Virus record (IMG/VR): IMGVR_UViG_3300008740_000600
Span: 2,669 to 66,668 of that record
From: a virus
Strand: one strand, 5' to 3'
DNA length: 64,000 bases
Shown here: in pieces, positions 48,222-58,817 of the stretch
Layout of the letters: each line of letters begins with the position of its first letter
How positions within the stretch are numbered: the stretch's first letter is position 1
Notes under the pieces: model-generated
Told to the model about the DNA's origin: nothing
Seen by the model: only the letters and a program-made list of their open reading frames with translations
The model's database searches: none
Made by a program: the position numbers and the translations under genes

Positions 48222-48530
48222 TTACTCCGGTTCTACTTTTACTTGTAATGGGAAGCCTCTGCCTCTTGCTAAGACTGTAACCTCAATACCTTTTTGTTCA
48301 GCAAGTTCAAATGGCAAAACTGCTACAACCGCCGATCCATTATCATGAATTTTTACTGTAATCTCTTCAGCACCTTGTGGTGTATAACCAAAAATATCTA
48401 GAAGTGTTTCAATAACAAACTCCATTGTAGTAAGTTCGTCATTTATATAGATAACTTTATATAATCCAGGTTCTTTGATTTTTTGGCGTTGCTCTACTTT
48501 TACTTTTTCTTTAATGTCTGTGTCAGCCAT
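48222..48530 (-). CDS. clpS: Clp adaptor ClpS (N-recognin)
   Basis: YKVIYINDELTTMEFV, IHDNGSAVV, AEQK, FPL; start at MADT after GAGG. Confidence 0.9.
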   Translation of the reverse strand: MADTDIKEKVKVEQRQKIKEPGLYKVIYINDELTTMEFVIETLLDIFGYTPQGAEEITVKIHDNGSAVVAVLPFELAEQKGIEVTVLARGRGFPLQVKVEPE

Positions 48531-48585
48531 GTTTATCCTCACTCTTTAATATGTTATTATAACTGATTATGTGTCGAATGTCAAG

Positions 48586-48626
48586 AAAAAAGGCAGGATT
48601 AAATCCGAAAAGACCACCCTGCCTTT
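48586..48626 (-). terminator. intrinsic terminator after hsp20
   Basis: AAAGGCAGG/CCTGCCTTT stem with T-run on the minus strand. Confidence 0.7.
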
Positions 48627-48642
48627 AATTTAACTTTTGGAA

Positions 48643-49068
48643 TTACTTGATACTAATTGTTCTTGGCTTTTTGGCCTCAGGAACAATTTTCTCCAATGAA
48701 ACTTTCAGTAATCCATCCTTTAACTCAGCCCCATTTACCACTACATCTTCGGAAATAGTAAAAGATCTAGTAAACTGTCTTTTAGAAATTCCTCTATGTA
48801 TGACACTTGGGTCCTCTTCTGATTTATCAGATTGAACTGATTTAACAGTTAAGTTATTATCAGCATATTTTACTTCAATGTCTTTTTTGCCAAATCCGGC
48901 TAAAGCCATTTCGATATCATATGTGAAGTCACCTGTTTTTACGATATTGTAAGGTGGGAAATTCACTTGAGGGAATTCAGTCAACTGTTCAAAATGATTG
49001 AACATATCGTCGAATCCTACTGTGAATGGTTTAAGTTGATTAAAGATAGATAGTCTTGCGTTTGTCAT
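48643..49068 (-). CDS. small heat-shock protein Hsp20
   Basis: FPPYNI, MALAGF, HRGISKRQF, AELKDGLL. Confidence 0.95.
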   Translation of the reverse strand: MTNARLSIFNQLKPFTVGFDDMFNHFEQLTEFPQVNFPPYNIVKTGDFTYDIEMALAGFGKKDIEVKYADNNLTVKSVQSDKSEEDPSVIHRGISKRQFTRSFTISEDVVVNGAELKDGLLKVSLEKIVPEAKKPRTISIK

Positions 49069-49213
49069 TGTTTTCTCCTTATATTAAGCAAGTTAACTTT
49101 GTACCCGAACATTCGGCGTACACTCTTATTTATACATAAGCAATTCTTTACCTATGTATACTATATTATATAAGCATTAATGGTAAAAAGTCAAGTCTTT
49201 TTTGGAAATAAAT

Positions 49214-49244
49214 CCAAAAAAATCCCCCAATTAAGGGGGATTTG
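49214..49244 (-). terminator. intrinsic terminator
   Basis: AATCCCCC-AATTAA-GGGGGATT with T-run on the minus strand. Confidence 0.7.
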
Positions 49245-49304
49245 GAATAGTGTGGGACTTTAGTTTTTTTAGAGCTCAAAAGTCCCCTGGGAAAGTTGCT
49301 CTAT

Positions 49305-49649
49305 TTAAGAATAAATTGAATTATCCTCAAATTTGGTAGTAGTACTGACCAGTGATAATACTGCTGAATTTAACCACTTATTCAATCCTTCACTATATTG
49401 GATTTCATCAGCAAACTTTATCCTATCCATAGGCTTTTTGAAAGCCATTTCCAACGCTTTCATCTTAGTTGCCTGTTCTAGGGTAACTTTTACGATTTCT
49501 CCATCGTCTGTTTTGACAGTATCTAGTGGGTGGGGATTGTCTTGGCTATCTTCAATATTACCAAACTGAATATACATTCTTGTTTGTTTATACCCAGGTC
49601 CGTACTCGTCGTCTTTGTAACCTGTTTTACGAAATAATGGCATTGGCAC
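49305..49649 (-). CDS. hypothetical protein
   Basis: own sigma70 promoter (49676-49704) and GGAG RBS. Confidence 0.6.
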   Translation of the reverse strand: MPMPLFRKTGYKDDEYGPGYKQTRMYIQFGNIEDSQDNPHPLDTVKTDDGEIVKVTLEQATKMKALEMAFKKPMDRIKFADEIQYSEGLNKWLNSAVLSLVSTTTKFEDNSIYS

Positions 49650-49700
49650 TCCACATTTAGTTAATTTAAACTACTATTATAGCATCAATTGGCCAGCTTG

Positions 49701-50318
49701 TCAACCATTTTTGGCGGTAATTAGACCAAATATCTTGTTATTTCCTTCTTGATTATAGGTATAATCACTATTATAATAACCACAGGCATTAACTAGCTTA
49801 TCTAACTCCGTATGCTTGGATATATCAGCATTATGTATATTACACCACCGAATAAACTGGTCAGATAACGCCTTTTTACTATAATATGGTGTAGTTGTAG
49901 CACCTGTCAGCTCTTCAGCCACACACGGGCTTATTTGAGCCCACTCTGTGACGATTTTAGCGTCTTTTCTTATTAATTTAATGCTATTAATGTAGGTTAA
50001 ATTGTGGTTTACCATAGTGTCGGGTGTATGTGTCATTAGTAACATATCCCTTCTTCTAGTGTGGTTAATATCCAAGTATTCTTCATTATCCCAACTGTAA
50101 ACAAAGTTACCTATTTTTTGATGAACCAAATCGGGTATTGTGATTATGATATTCTCTTCATGTTTTTGAAGTTTAATAAATTGTTGATATGTTTCTTCTA
50201 CTGATTCTGTTGTTAAAACTTTGGGTGTTTCTTTATAATGATCAGCTACTTGAAATATCCAATGCCCCTCACCTAAGTGACTAGTATTAACTAAATTGTT
50301 ATTTCCTATTATCAACAT
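49701..50318 (-). CDS. hypothetical protein
   Basis: ORF in operon. Confidence 0.5.
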   Translation of the reverse strand: MLIIGNNNLVNTSHLGEGHWIFQVADHYKETPKVLTTESVEETYQQFIKLQKHEENIIITIPDLVHQKIGNFVYSWDNEEYLDINHTRRRDMLLMTHTPDTMVNHNLTYINSIKLIRKDAKIVTEWAQISPCVAEELTGATTTPYYSKKALSDQFIRWCNIHNADISKHTELDKLVNACGYYNSDYTYNQEGNNKIFGLITAKNG

Positions 50319-51084
50319 ATTCTTTTATTTTCTCTGCGAAAGCCTTATTTGAAAGACGTCCGGGGTGTTCATTATCAGTACCTGTGTCAAGAATATCTTT
50401 CATAATATTAATATTAGGCCAACGTGTTTTATCTATTTTACTTGCTAAAGATTGAATTGTAGTAATTGGACCGTCTGTAACTTTTTCTATAAAATCTAAA
50501 GGATACCAAGAACCCCAATCTCCCGGATACCCAAATGCTTCCGAATGTAACCAGTCACCGCCGTTAACAAAAAGATACTGCTGATTATTTTCTTTAAAAT
50601 AAGTTTGAAGTATATAAGCATTTTTAATTAATCCAAATAAACTTGTAGTAGCATCTTCTACAGTTATAAATGCTTTATGTTTACTTTCTTTTAACCAATT
50701 GCCATATGGAGCACTAGCATAAAAATCTGGTTTGAATTGCTCAAACCATTTAAACGAATTTACACTTTCTTGTACTACAGCATTTAAATAATTGTAATCA
50801 GGATATGTATGATCTTCAAAATAAAATTCACTAGATCCTTCTGGTGGACCTATTGTTTCCCATCTAGGTAATTGTGTCCATTGGATAATAACAAGTTCAG
50901 GTTTATGTCTGCTACAGAAATCTATTGCTCGTCTAGTAATAAAATCATTTGAACTGCCACAAATGGCATGATTATAAACTTTAGAAAACCCTAACTGAGT
51001 TGTCCAACTATGTTTATAATCGTTTAAATAATGAAAGTGGCTATTACTACAACCTGAAATGTATACAGTATTTTTCTGTGCCAC
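50299..51084 (-). CDS. SGNH-like hypothetical protein
   Basis: ISGCSNS, NHAICGSSN, IIQWT, DNEHPG. Confidence 0.55.
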   Translation of the reverse strand: MAQKNTVYISGCSNSHFHYLNDYKHSWTTQLGFSKVYNHAICGSSNDFITRRAIDFCSRHKPELVIIQWTQLPRWETIGPPEGSSEFYFEDHTYPDYNYLNAVVQESVNSFKWFEQFKPDFYASAPYGNWLKESKHKAFITVEDATTSLFGLIKNAYILQTYFKENNQQYLFVNGGDWLHSEAFGYPGDWGSWYPLDFIEKVTDGPITTIQSLASKIDKTRWPNINIMKDILDTGTDNEHPGRLSNKAFAEKIKEYVDNRK

Positions 51085-51095
51085 TGTTAATCACC

Positions 51096-51395
51096 TTAAT
51101 ACATTCTCTTTTTAGATTGTCCCCAAGCCATTTCACTTTCACGTTGCTTTTTTAACCAACGATTACGTCCTGCTTTTTTGGCTAGCCTTCTCTTCTCACT
51201 TGGTTTGACAAAATATTGTCTATCTCTAACTTCTTGTAAAGTTCCTTCAGCTTGAAGTTTCTTTTTAAGTTTTCTTAATGCCTTGTTGACATCATTGTTA
51301 CGGACTTCAACTGTTAGTCCACCTTTTCCGTAAGAGTCTACTTTATCTCTTTTGATTTGGAAATTTCTATACCCGCCTCTATTACCTACAAACAT
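51096..51395 (-). CDS. rpsU: ribosomal protein bS21
   Basis: VEVRNNDVNKALRKLKKK...RQYFVKPSEKRR. Confidence 0.88.
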   Translation of the reverse strand: MFVGNRGGYRNFQIKRDKVDSYGKGGLTVEVRNNDVNKALRKLKKKLQAEGTLQEVRDRQYFVKPSEKRRLAKKAGRNRWLKKQRESEMAWGQSKKRMY

Positions 51396-52543
51396 TATAC
51401 CTCCTGTACGTCTGTTTCGTTAATTGTTACTTTTTTACCTTTTAATTGATCTAGTTCATAATAGTATTCTAGTAATGTACTTTCCAAAATACCTTTTAAT
51501 GCTCTAGCACCTACCTTATATTGTAACGCAAGATCCACGATCTTGTCAAGTGCTTTATCCGAAAATTCCAATTGAACTTCATCAACATTGAAATAAAATC
51601 GGGTTTGATCAATAAGATTATTATCCACCTTGGATAATATTTGCTTTAATTCAGGTTTAGTTAATTCTTTAGTTTGGACTACAACTGGGAATCTTCCAAC
51701 AAATTCTGGGATCATTCCAAAATTAACCAAATCACTGGTAATCATTTTTCTGTCAATTTTACCATCACTATTAAACCCAATTGAGTTTGTTCTAGTTTTA
51801 TCCAATCCAACAAATGCTCCACTTCCAATAAACAAAATCTTACTAGTATCAACTTCTAGCATTTCTTGTTGTGGGTGTTTCCTTCCACCTTGCGGTGCTA
51901 CTCTAACTTTAGTACCTTCAACAAGTTTCAATAATGCTTGTTGTACACCCTCGCCTGATACGTCTCTAGTAATTGAGACATTCTCGCCTTTACGACCTAT
52001 TTTGTCAATCTCATCTAAAAATATAATACCTTGTTCTGCTCTAGCAACATTAAAATCTACTTTTAATAATAATGAGCTAATAATACTTTCAACATCGTCA
52101 CCAACATAACCACTTTCTGTTAAACTTGTAGCATCAGCAATTACAATAGGTACATCTAAAAACTTGGCTATTTGCTTTGCCATAAAAGTTTTACCACTAC
52201 CTGTTGGACCTATTATTAGTTGATTATTTTTTTCAACTTCGCCAGCTTGATCAAACATCAAACGCTTGTAATGATTAACTACACCAACAGCCATATGACG
52301 TTTTGCTTTATCTTGTCCAACCATTGTGTTGTTTAAAAAGGCAACAATTTCTTTTGCTGTTTTTGGTTTTAATTGTTTAAGTCCTGCTTTAGATTTTTCA
52401 TCATTCAAGACTTTATTACATAGTGCTATACATTCATCACATATACCAACGTCGTCAGCAATTATAATTTTATATACTTGTCCTTTTTCTTTACCGCAAA
52501 AGTTACAGCGATGAACCTGTGGTAGTTCTTCAATTTTAGTCAT
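51395..52543 (-). CDS. clpX: ATP-dependent Clp protease ATP-binding subunit ClpX
   Basis: Zn finger CNFC..CDEC, GPTGSGKT, GYVGDDVE, RDVSGEGVQQALLK, IGF loop. Confidence 0.95.
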   Translation of the reverse strand: MTKIEELPQVHRCNFCGKEKGQVYKIIIADDVGICDECIALCNKVLNDEKSKAGLKQLKPKTAKEIVAFLNNTMVGQDKAKRHMAVGVVNHYKRLMFDQAGEVEKNNQLIIGPTGSGKTFMAKQIAKFLDVPIVIADATSLTESGYVGDDVESIISSLLLKVDFNVARAEQGIIFLDEIDKIGRKGENVSITRDVSGEGVQQALLKLVEGTKVRVAPQGGRKHPQQEMLEVDTSKILFIGSGAFVGLDKTRTNSIGFNSDGKIDRKMITSDLVNFGMIPEFVGRFPVVVQTKELTKPELKQILSKVDNNLIDQTRFYFNVDEVQLEFSDKALDKIVDLALQYKVGARALKGILESTLLEYYYELDQLKGKKVTINETDVQEV

Positions 52544-52925
52544 CTAATGCCTTCTCTTTCGATAGTCGTTTCTTTAACAACCAGTCAACTGGTACTGTTA
52601 GCTTTTTAGTATTTAACGGTTCATAGTTCTCATCATGGTGGATATCGTCACACCACCATACCTTTGGAAATGATAATAAGTAACCTAATACCACTTTATT
52701 AGCATATTCATTACTTACTATTGTTACAGTAGACCTAGTTGCTGTATTAACTATCCAATCTAATTTACTATTGTTTTCGCCAATGTGTAAACTATACTCA
52801 CCAAACTTTGGTAGCTCTTTAATAAATTGTTCAACTGTCCAGTTATCGCAACCTAAAAGAAATACACTCTCAGGTTTACCAAACCAGTAATCAGGCTCTG
52901 TTACTACTGTTACGTTATTGTCCAA
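52536..52925 (-). CDS. hypothetical protein
   Basis: AAGGAG RBS, TTG start; VTEPD. Confidence 0.55.
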   Translation of the reverse strand: MDNNVTVVTEPDYWFGKPESVFLLGCDNWTVEQFIKELPKFGEYSLHIGENNSKLDWIVNTATRSTVTIVSNEYANKVVLGYLLSFPKVWWCDDIHHDENYEPLNTKKLTVPVDWLLKKRLSKEKALDD

Positions 52926-55124
52926 GTACGTCTCTCCTTGTTAAATAATTTGATACTGCTTCTTTTTCATCAACACTTAAATCGTCAACATCTTTATCAC
53001 TTCGTGCTAATTGATCTACTAAATGTTTGATATAGTCTGATGTTAGATATGCTGTTGTACCATCTTTATCAACATCAATCCATTTATTACCATTCCACTT
53101 CTTAAGTTCATGTGGGTATACATTTGTTAATGTATGTAATTGACCCTTCTCAGGATCAAGTGGTAAGTTCTCTCCAAAAGTTGCTTTTGCTCCAAGGTTT
53201 TCTTCTTCCTCTTTTATTTTTGCTTTAGCATTTTTATCAATAAGATCATATTTTTTGCTTATTCGCTCAATAGCTTGGTCTCTACTTGCTACTTGAGTTT
53301 GTAAGTTTATAATATCTTTATTAAGTGAGTCGATACCAGTAGTGTCTTTAATGATTTTTTCAACTTCAACTTCTTTAATGACTTCTACTTCTTCGGGAGG
53401 TTTGTTTTCTAACTCGTTTACTTGTAATTTAAGTTTTTCATTATCGGCTTCGAGTTTAGAGATAGTAGCAATAGATTTTTCAGTTAACTCGCTAATTTCG
53501 TCCTTTTTTTTTGAAGGACGGAATATTCCTTTTCTAACTTTGACTTTTCTTTATCAAGATCGTCGTACTCTTTCTGAAGTGAAGCCAACTCTGCTTTAGT
53601 CATTTTACCACTTGCTATTGCTCCGTCAAGTTGTTCTTCTAACTGTAGCAGAAGGTTAGTATGCTCTTGTATTTTCATTTCAAGTTCCTTCTCTCTGTCG
53701 TTTGCTCTTTTTTTTAATGGTGTTGTTGTCACCGGTGTTGGTGGTCCTGGTCTAAAAGGTGGGTGACCTTTTCTTTCTCTCGCCCAACTTATTGTTTGAA
53801 CACCTGCTAACACCAACATAATAGCAAGTGGGTCGAATACTATAACGATAACAATAATAACCCAACGTACTGCTCGTTCTAATAAATCGGCATCTGCTTC
53901 TTGTCCGTAAACAAATTCAGCAATATATTTAATTGGTCCAACATCTGCTTCTAGTTTACGGTATTCTTTTTCAATATCAAATTTTTCATCAATTAATATG
54001 TCTATTTGATCATTTGAATTTTTAATCTTTTGTAATTGTTCTTCAATTATAACTTCATTAGCATCTGTTGTACCTTGTCCTAATTGAGAACGTAATCGAT
54101 TAATAACTTCATTAGCATTAGCAATTTCTTGTTCTGCTACACCACGTAAACGTTTAATTTCTTCCCTAGCATTGTTTATAATATCATTATCAACACCTGT
54201 ATTAGCCTGTTGAGATTCTGCTGTTTCTCTTAAACGTTGCTTTTCTTTATTTGCTTGAACAATAGCATAGTTAAACTTATTATCATCTTTAATCTTATCT
54301 ATTTTTGCTAATACTTCTAAACGTCTATCTGTTAAATCTTTTTTGAATTTAGTTAATTGGGTTCTAGTATTATAACCAAACTTACCATCTACTTTAACAC
54401 CAATTAATGATTGTAGTTCATTAATTTTACCTTCAGCTGGCCAAGTTTCTAACTTGTTCATCTTCTCGTCTATTACTTCTATTTCATCTAAGTACGGTTG
54501 AATACTATCTGCTAGTTTCTGCTCTTCTCTTTCAATAATAGCATTTTGCTCATCAATAGCAGGTTGTATTCTTTCAAATGCTTCGTTAACTCTACCTAAT
54601 TCTTGATCAATAATTAATTGTTGTTGATCAATAGCAGGTTGTTGTCTAGCATAAGCATTATTAATACGTTCTTCTTCTGTGGCTATTTGAGATTGTATTC
54701 TAGAATCTGTATCATCATCTTGATTTTCAGCTTCAACGATCTTTTGTTCTGCCCTAGTAATAATAGTTTCAAAACGTTCTATTTCAGATTCAATTCTTAC
54801 TAATTGTGATTGATTCTCTTCGCTTTGTGCTGTTTGTTCAATATGAGCTTTAGATAAGAATCCAAAGATTCCCATACTTGTAATAAACATTATGATTAAT
54901 ACTGCGGCCGCTAGATAGGTCTTCATCCACCGCTTGGCCGAGAACCAATACTGATGGAGCCATACAGTAGTTACGATTTTACCAACTTCTAAGACAGCAC
55001 CCATAATAATTACTGGTACTACTGCCGCGGCGAAAATGGCTGTTAAACCTATTATACTGTAATAAGCGGCGACCCCTGAAATTGACAGAGCCACCAACAT
55101 AATAAAAAGTCCGAAGAGCATCAT
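52915..55124 (-). CDS. membrane-anchored coiled-coil protein split by a -1 frameshift at A9 (53504-53512)
   Basis: 0-frame ORF 53484-55124 (TM helices, coiled coil, VDGKFG PG-binding-like motif); -1 frame open for 196 codons to 52915 with no Met. Confidence 0.75.
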
Positions 55125-55136
55125 ATATTTACCGCC

Positions 55137-56534
55137 TTATTCTAAGTTATTAAGCATATTTTTTAAGGCCTTATTCATGCCTTCTGCTGTAACTTTTGGT
55201 TCTTCTGTAGTACTAGACTCCATCTCGCCTACTGTAGATCTAGTTTTTATCTTTTCTACAACATCACTAGTATATTGTTCTGGTTGATGTCCTTCACCTA
55301 AATCTGTAATTCTTAAACTATGAATATCAAATCCTAATTCTACTTTTTGTCCAACTCCTGAACTACTTCTAGTTTTCATAAGTTGTAATTGATATTTTCC
55401 TCGTTCTCTCATAGCCCTACTTGTAAAAATACCAAATACATTATCTGCTGTATTAATTTTACTAATACCTCCAGCTATATGACTATGATCAAATTCAATT
55501 TCTTCTACTGCTCCTCTATTCAATTGAGAAGCTGTTACAAATATTACATTAAGTTCTTTTGATAAATTTCTTAATTCTTCACTAACATATTTGTCTTTAA
55601 TATATTGATCATTTGGACTTACTTTAACACTAACAGGTGTTAACAAATCTAAATAATCAACTAACATAAAATCTATTTTGTTATTTGTTTTAATTTGTAA
55701 TTCTTTACAATATGCCCTAATATCATTAATTGTACTTTGTGCTGGCATATATTTTATTCTTAAACTGCCTGAATTTTTACCTACCATCTTAACTTTTAAA
55801 TCTAAACCATCTAAGTCTTTAAAAATTTGATTGCTTGGAATCTCTGTAAGCATACTATCAATTCTCATTGATGATAGATTTTCACTTAACTCTAAAGTAA
55901 TATAAACTCCGTTTAATCCTTTTAATATCCAGTTACAAGCCATATTTTGTAAAAACAAACTTTTACCACTTCCACTACCTCCAGCGAATATGTTAAGTTC
56001 ACCTTTACTCATTCCACCAAATAATTTTTTATCTAATGTTGGCCAACCTGTACTAACTTGTCCATTGTTTTCTTTTAATGCTAACAACCTCTCTTTAGGA
56101 TTTTCAAAATAATCTATACCAAGGTCTCTTGTTAAACTTACTTGTACAGCATCTTTAATTAATTTTTCAACTGGACCATAATTGCCTTTTTCTAAATGAT
56201 CAGCACTTTTTAAAATTGCTCTTTCTAATTCTTGTCGTCTTGTAAAATTTTCAAACTCATCAAAGAACCAATTGTAATGTCCATCATTTAAATCTGGAAC
56301 TTCTTTTAGATTTGTGCCACAAGTATCGTTTACTTGTTTAAGTGTTGGCATTGTTGATTGTTTATCTGTATGATCAAAAATAAAGTGTGCCGCTTTTCTT
56401 AAACTGCGATCAAAGTTTTCAGCATTAAAGATATTTTGTATTCTAACGAAACTTTGAGCATCATTCAACATCATCTCTAAAAATAGTTTTTGAATTTCTA
56501 TTGTATATTCTGTGATTTTAGTTTCGTTGTCCAA
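55137..56534 (-). CDS. replicative DNA helicase (DnaB/gp41-like)
   Basis: STGW, GGSGSGKS, TLEL, VDYLDL, TASQLNR, KTRSS. Confidence 0.92.
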   Translation of the reverse strand: MDNETKITEYTIEIQKLFLEMMLNDAQSFVRIQNIFNAENFDRSLRKAAHFIFDHTDKQSTMPTLKQVNDTCGTNLKEVPDLNDGHYNWFFDEFENFTRRQELERAILKSADHLEKGNYGPVEKLIKDAVQVSLTRDLGIDYFENPKERLLALKENNGQVSTGWPTLDKKLFGGMSKGELNIFAGGSGSGKSLFLQNMACNWILKGLNGVYITLELSENLSSMRIDSMLTEIPSNQIFKDLDGLDLKVKMVGKNSGSLRIKYMPAQSTINDIRAYCKELQIKTNNKIDFMLVDYLDLLTPVSVKVSPNDQYIKDKYVSEELRNLSKELNVIFVTASQLNRGAVEEIEFDHSHIAGGISKINTADNVFGIFTSRAMRERGKYQLQLMKTRSSSGVGQKVELGFDIHSLRITDLGEGHQPEQYTSDVVEKIKTRSTVGEMESSTTEEPKVTAEGMNKALKNMLNNLE

Positions 56535-57528
56535 GTTTCTTCCTTGCTAATTCTATTTTTAATTTATTACTTTGTTTTGCTTCTATAATACTAGTTAATG
56601 TAAAAAGTTTTCCATACTTTAATACAGCATCACTTACATCTTTTACTTCACTATGCCAGTCTGGGAAACTAACTGACCAACCATACTCTAAAGCACTATC
56701 TATTAATTGTTCTCCTACTTTATCTTTATCTGGCACTACTATTACTTCTTTTCCGATACTATCAATTATATCAGCCTGTGATTCGTTAATATTACTTCCT
56801 AGTACACCAACACCATCAATTGCTATAGCATCAAATACACCTTCGACTACTATTATACACTCTCTGCTATCTGTTTGTCTATCACTATTAAAAACATATC
56901 CAGCAGGTCTGTGTGCCATATATTTTGGCTTAATAGTATCAACTATTGCCCTTGCGGCATACCCAACAATATTACCTCTCCACATAAAAGGTATAATAAC
57001 CCTATGCTTCATTAATGTTGTGTTTGACCAATATGTTGGCCAATCATAATCAGGATCTCTATCTAGTAAGTATTTACAGCATTCTGTGAATGGCTCTATG
57101 TCTTCTTGATTTAACCGATCTTGCCAATGTGGTAACTCTAAACTACCCTCAGGCAATACATAAGCATCAAAGTCAACATCAACATCATGTTGAATTTCTG
57201 TAAGTACTCCAACTTCGTCTTTAATTCTTACTGCTTCAATTACTAACCTTTGTATTTCATTATCATTAGATCCTAACCAAGTAAGTAACCTTCTCATCTT
57301 ATATCCAAGATGTCCTCCAGGTTTCCAACCTGTTTTGAATCCACAATTAAAACAATGGTAAGAGATGGAACCATCCCCTTGTGTAATGATACCACCTCTT
57401 CCCCGTTTGTCTTGGCTTTCGCCATTATGAATACAACAAGGAGCATTAAAACTTGTCCAACCGGATGGTGTAGTCTTACGACGAGGAGGAAGAAGGGAAA
57501 CTACACTATCTTGAATGCTGTTATTCAT
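56518..57528 (-). CDS. DNA primase
   Basis: Zn-binding CCIH...HCFNC, VIIPF, TOPRIM VEGVFDA, PDKD, KDVSD. Confidence 0.88.
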   Translation of the reverse strand: MNNSIQDSVVSLLPPRRKTTPSGWTSFNAPCCIHNGESQDKRGRGGIITQGDGSISYHCFNCGFKTGWKPGGHLGYKMRRLLTWLGSNDNEIQRLVIEAVRIKDEVGVLTEIQHDVDVDFDAYVLPEGSLELPHWQDRLNQEDIEPFTECCKYLLDRDPDYDWPTYWSNTTLMKHRVIIPFMWRGNIVGYAARAIVDTIKPKYMAHRPAGYVFNSDRQTDSRECIIVVEGVFDAIAIDGVGVLGSNINESQADIIDSIGKEVIVVPDKDKVGEQLIDSALEYGWSVSFPDWHSEVKDVSDAVLKYGKLFTLTSIIEAKQSNKLKIELARKKLGQRN

Positions 57529-57534
57529 AGTTGT

Positions 57535-57564
57535 ATTATACAGGATATAAGGTACAAAAGTCAA
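57535..57564 (-). promoter_or_regulatory. sigma70-type promoter of primase-helicase
   Basis: TTGACT-N18-TATAAT immediately before the ATG. Confidence 0.65.
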
Positions 57565-57571
57565 CCTTTTT

Positions 57572-58240
57572 TTAGGATTGACGCTGTAAATATATATAGA
57601 TTTTTTTCAACAGTTTCTTAATAACTGGATGACTAGCGTCCCAATTAAATAAGGCAAAGTATGCCATAAGGTCTGGACTTAGATAATGTCCGAGTTCGTC
57701 TTTGAATGAAGCTGTTTTGCCGGCCATTCGTATTAATTTATAAGCACCTTTATTGCCAACGTGTCTTGTTAACTCGTCTGCTATGTTCATAGCATAAGCT
57801 TCAATCTCATCAGGACGACTCATGTACTCATATTCTGTGCCTTTATCACTTACATATCCATCTCTACCTGGGTGAAAATTTCTTATTCTATGCTGTTTCA
57901 TATGTAACAATTCATGTTTCATAGCATCTCTTAATTTAAATAAGAAAAATTTCCTACCTTGTTTAGTCCATTCAACACTATCAGTATCTTTACTGCTAAA
58001 AATTAAATCAATATTAATCGGTGTTGAACCGCCCTCTTCGTCATCATCTGGATTGTAACTAGCTGAAATATTCATCTCCCCAGAGACGATTTTTTCATTT
58101 TTATGAATTTTAACAGTGGTCATTGGAAGATGTTTTGTAACTAAATTAGCTATCTGTTTAAAGGTTTGAGTTCCTCTAATTTCTCTAGCTAATGGTTTTA
58201 TATCAACCGATTCCGGGTCTGTAACTTCAATGATAAGCAT
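57572..58240 (-). CDS. putative zinc metalloprotease
   Basis: KHELLH + DEIEAYA. Confidence 0.6.
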   Translation of the reverse strand: MLIIEVTDPESVDIKPLAREIRGTQTFKQIANLVTKHLPMTTVKIHKNEKIVSGEMNISASYNPDDDEEGGSTPINIDLIFSSKDTDSVEWTKQGRKFFLFKLRDAMKHELLHMKQHRIRNFHPGRDGYVSDKGTEYEYMSRPDEIEAYAMNIADELTRHVGNKGAYKLIRMAGKTASFKDELGHYLSPDLMAYFALFNWDASHPVIKKLLKKIYIYLQRQS

Positions 58241-58253
58241 ACTATTACTTATC

Positions 58254-58817
58254 TTACTCTGACGTTCTATAAAATAAATGATCGTCTACACGACCAACTA
58301 AATGAAACTCTCTACTCCATCCAGGAGATACATAAAAAGCATGATAATGAGTAGCGCCTTCAACTAATCCAACATAAGAATTTAATACTATTATTCTCCA
58401 TGCTAACTCCTGTGCTTTGGCCCATGCTAAATCTTCAAATATTGTATCTGCTTTCCCATCACAATACCAACTAAATTGACACTTGTTTTTGATAGGATAA
58501 TATACAGCATCATCTTCTGGTGTTTGTTTTGTTTTCCAGCTTTCTCTAACTGGTCCTTGATAAACAACATCACATACATTATCTGGATATCTGATATCTC
58601 TTACGCGATTCATTACAACCAAACCAACAGCAACTTGACCTACTGTACTTTCTGATTTTGCTTCATGATAAATGTTTTGTGCCAAACAATAAATGTCAGA
58701 TGAATTATCTATTTTCATTAATCCTGGCTTATATTTGGGTTCTATTTCTGTAGCTACAGAACTAAATGCGATATTACAAAAAAGTAATAATACTAAACCG
58801 CCGAATAGTTTTCTCAT
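58254..58817 (-). CDS. cell wall hydrolase (SleB/Hydrolase_2)
   Basis: CLAQNIYHEA, VVMNRV, CDVVYQ, CQFSWYCDG, GATHYHA, HLFY. Confidence 0.9.
   Translation of the reverse strand: MRKLFGGLVLLLFCNIAFSSVATEIEPKYKPGLMKIDNSSDIYCLAQNIYHEAKSESTVGQVAVGLVVMNRVRDIRYPDNVCDVVYQGPVRESWKTKQTPEDDAVYYPIKNKCQFSWYCDGKADTIFEDLAWAKAQELAWRIIVLNSYVGLVEGATHYHAFYVSPGWSREFHLVGRVDDHLFYRTSE

Noticed and set aside
51630-52109. plus-strand ORFs opposite clpX, and similar shadows opposite guaC, hsp20, SNase and the cyclase
   Set aside because: Antisense shadows of conserved genes.
57529-57564. Upstream TTG start of primase
   Set aside because: The TTG is the -35 box of a promoter; ATG 57528 is more plausible.
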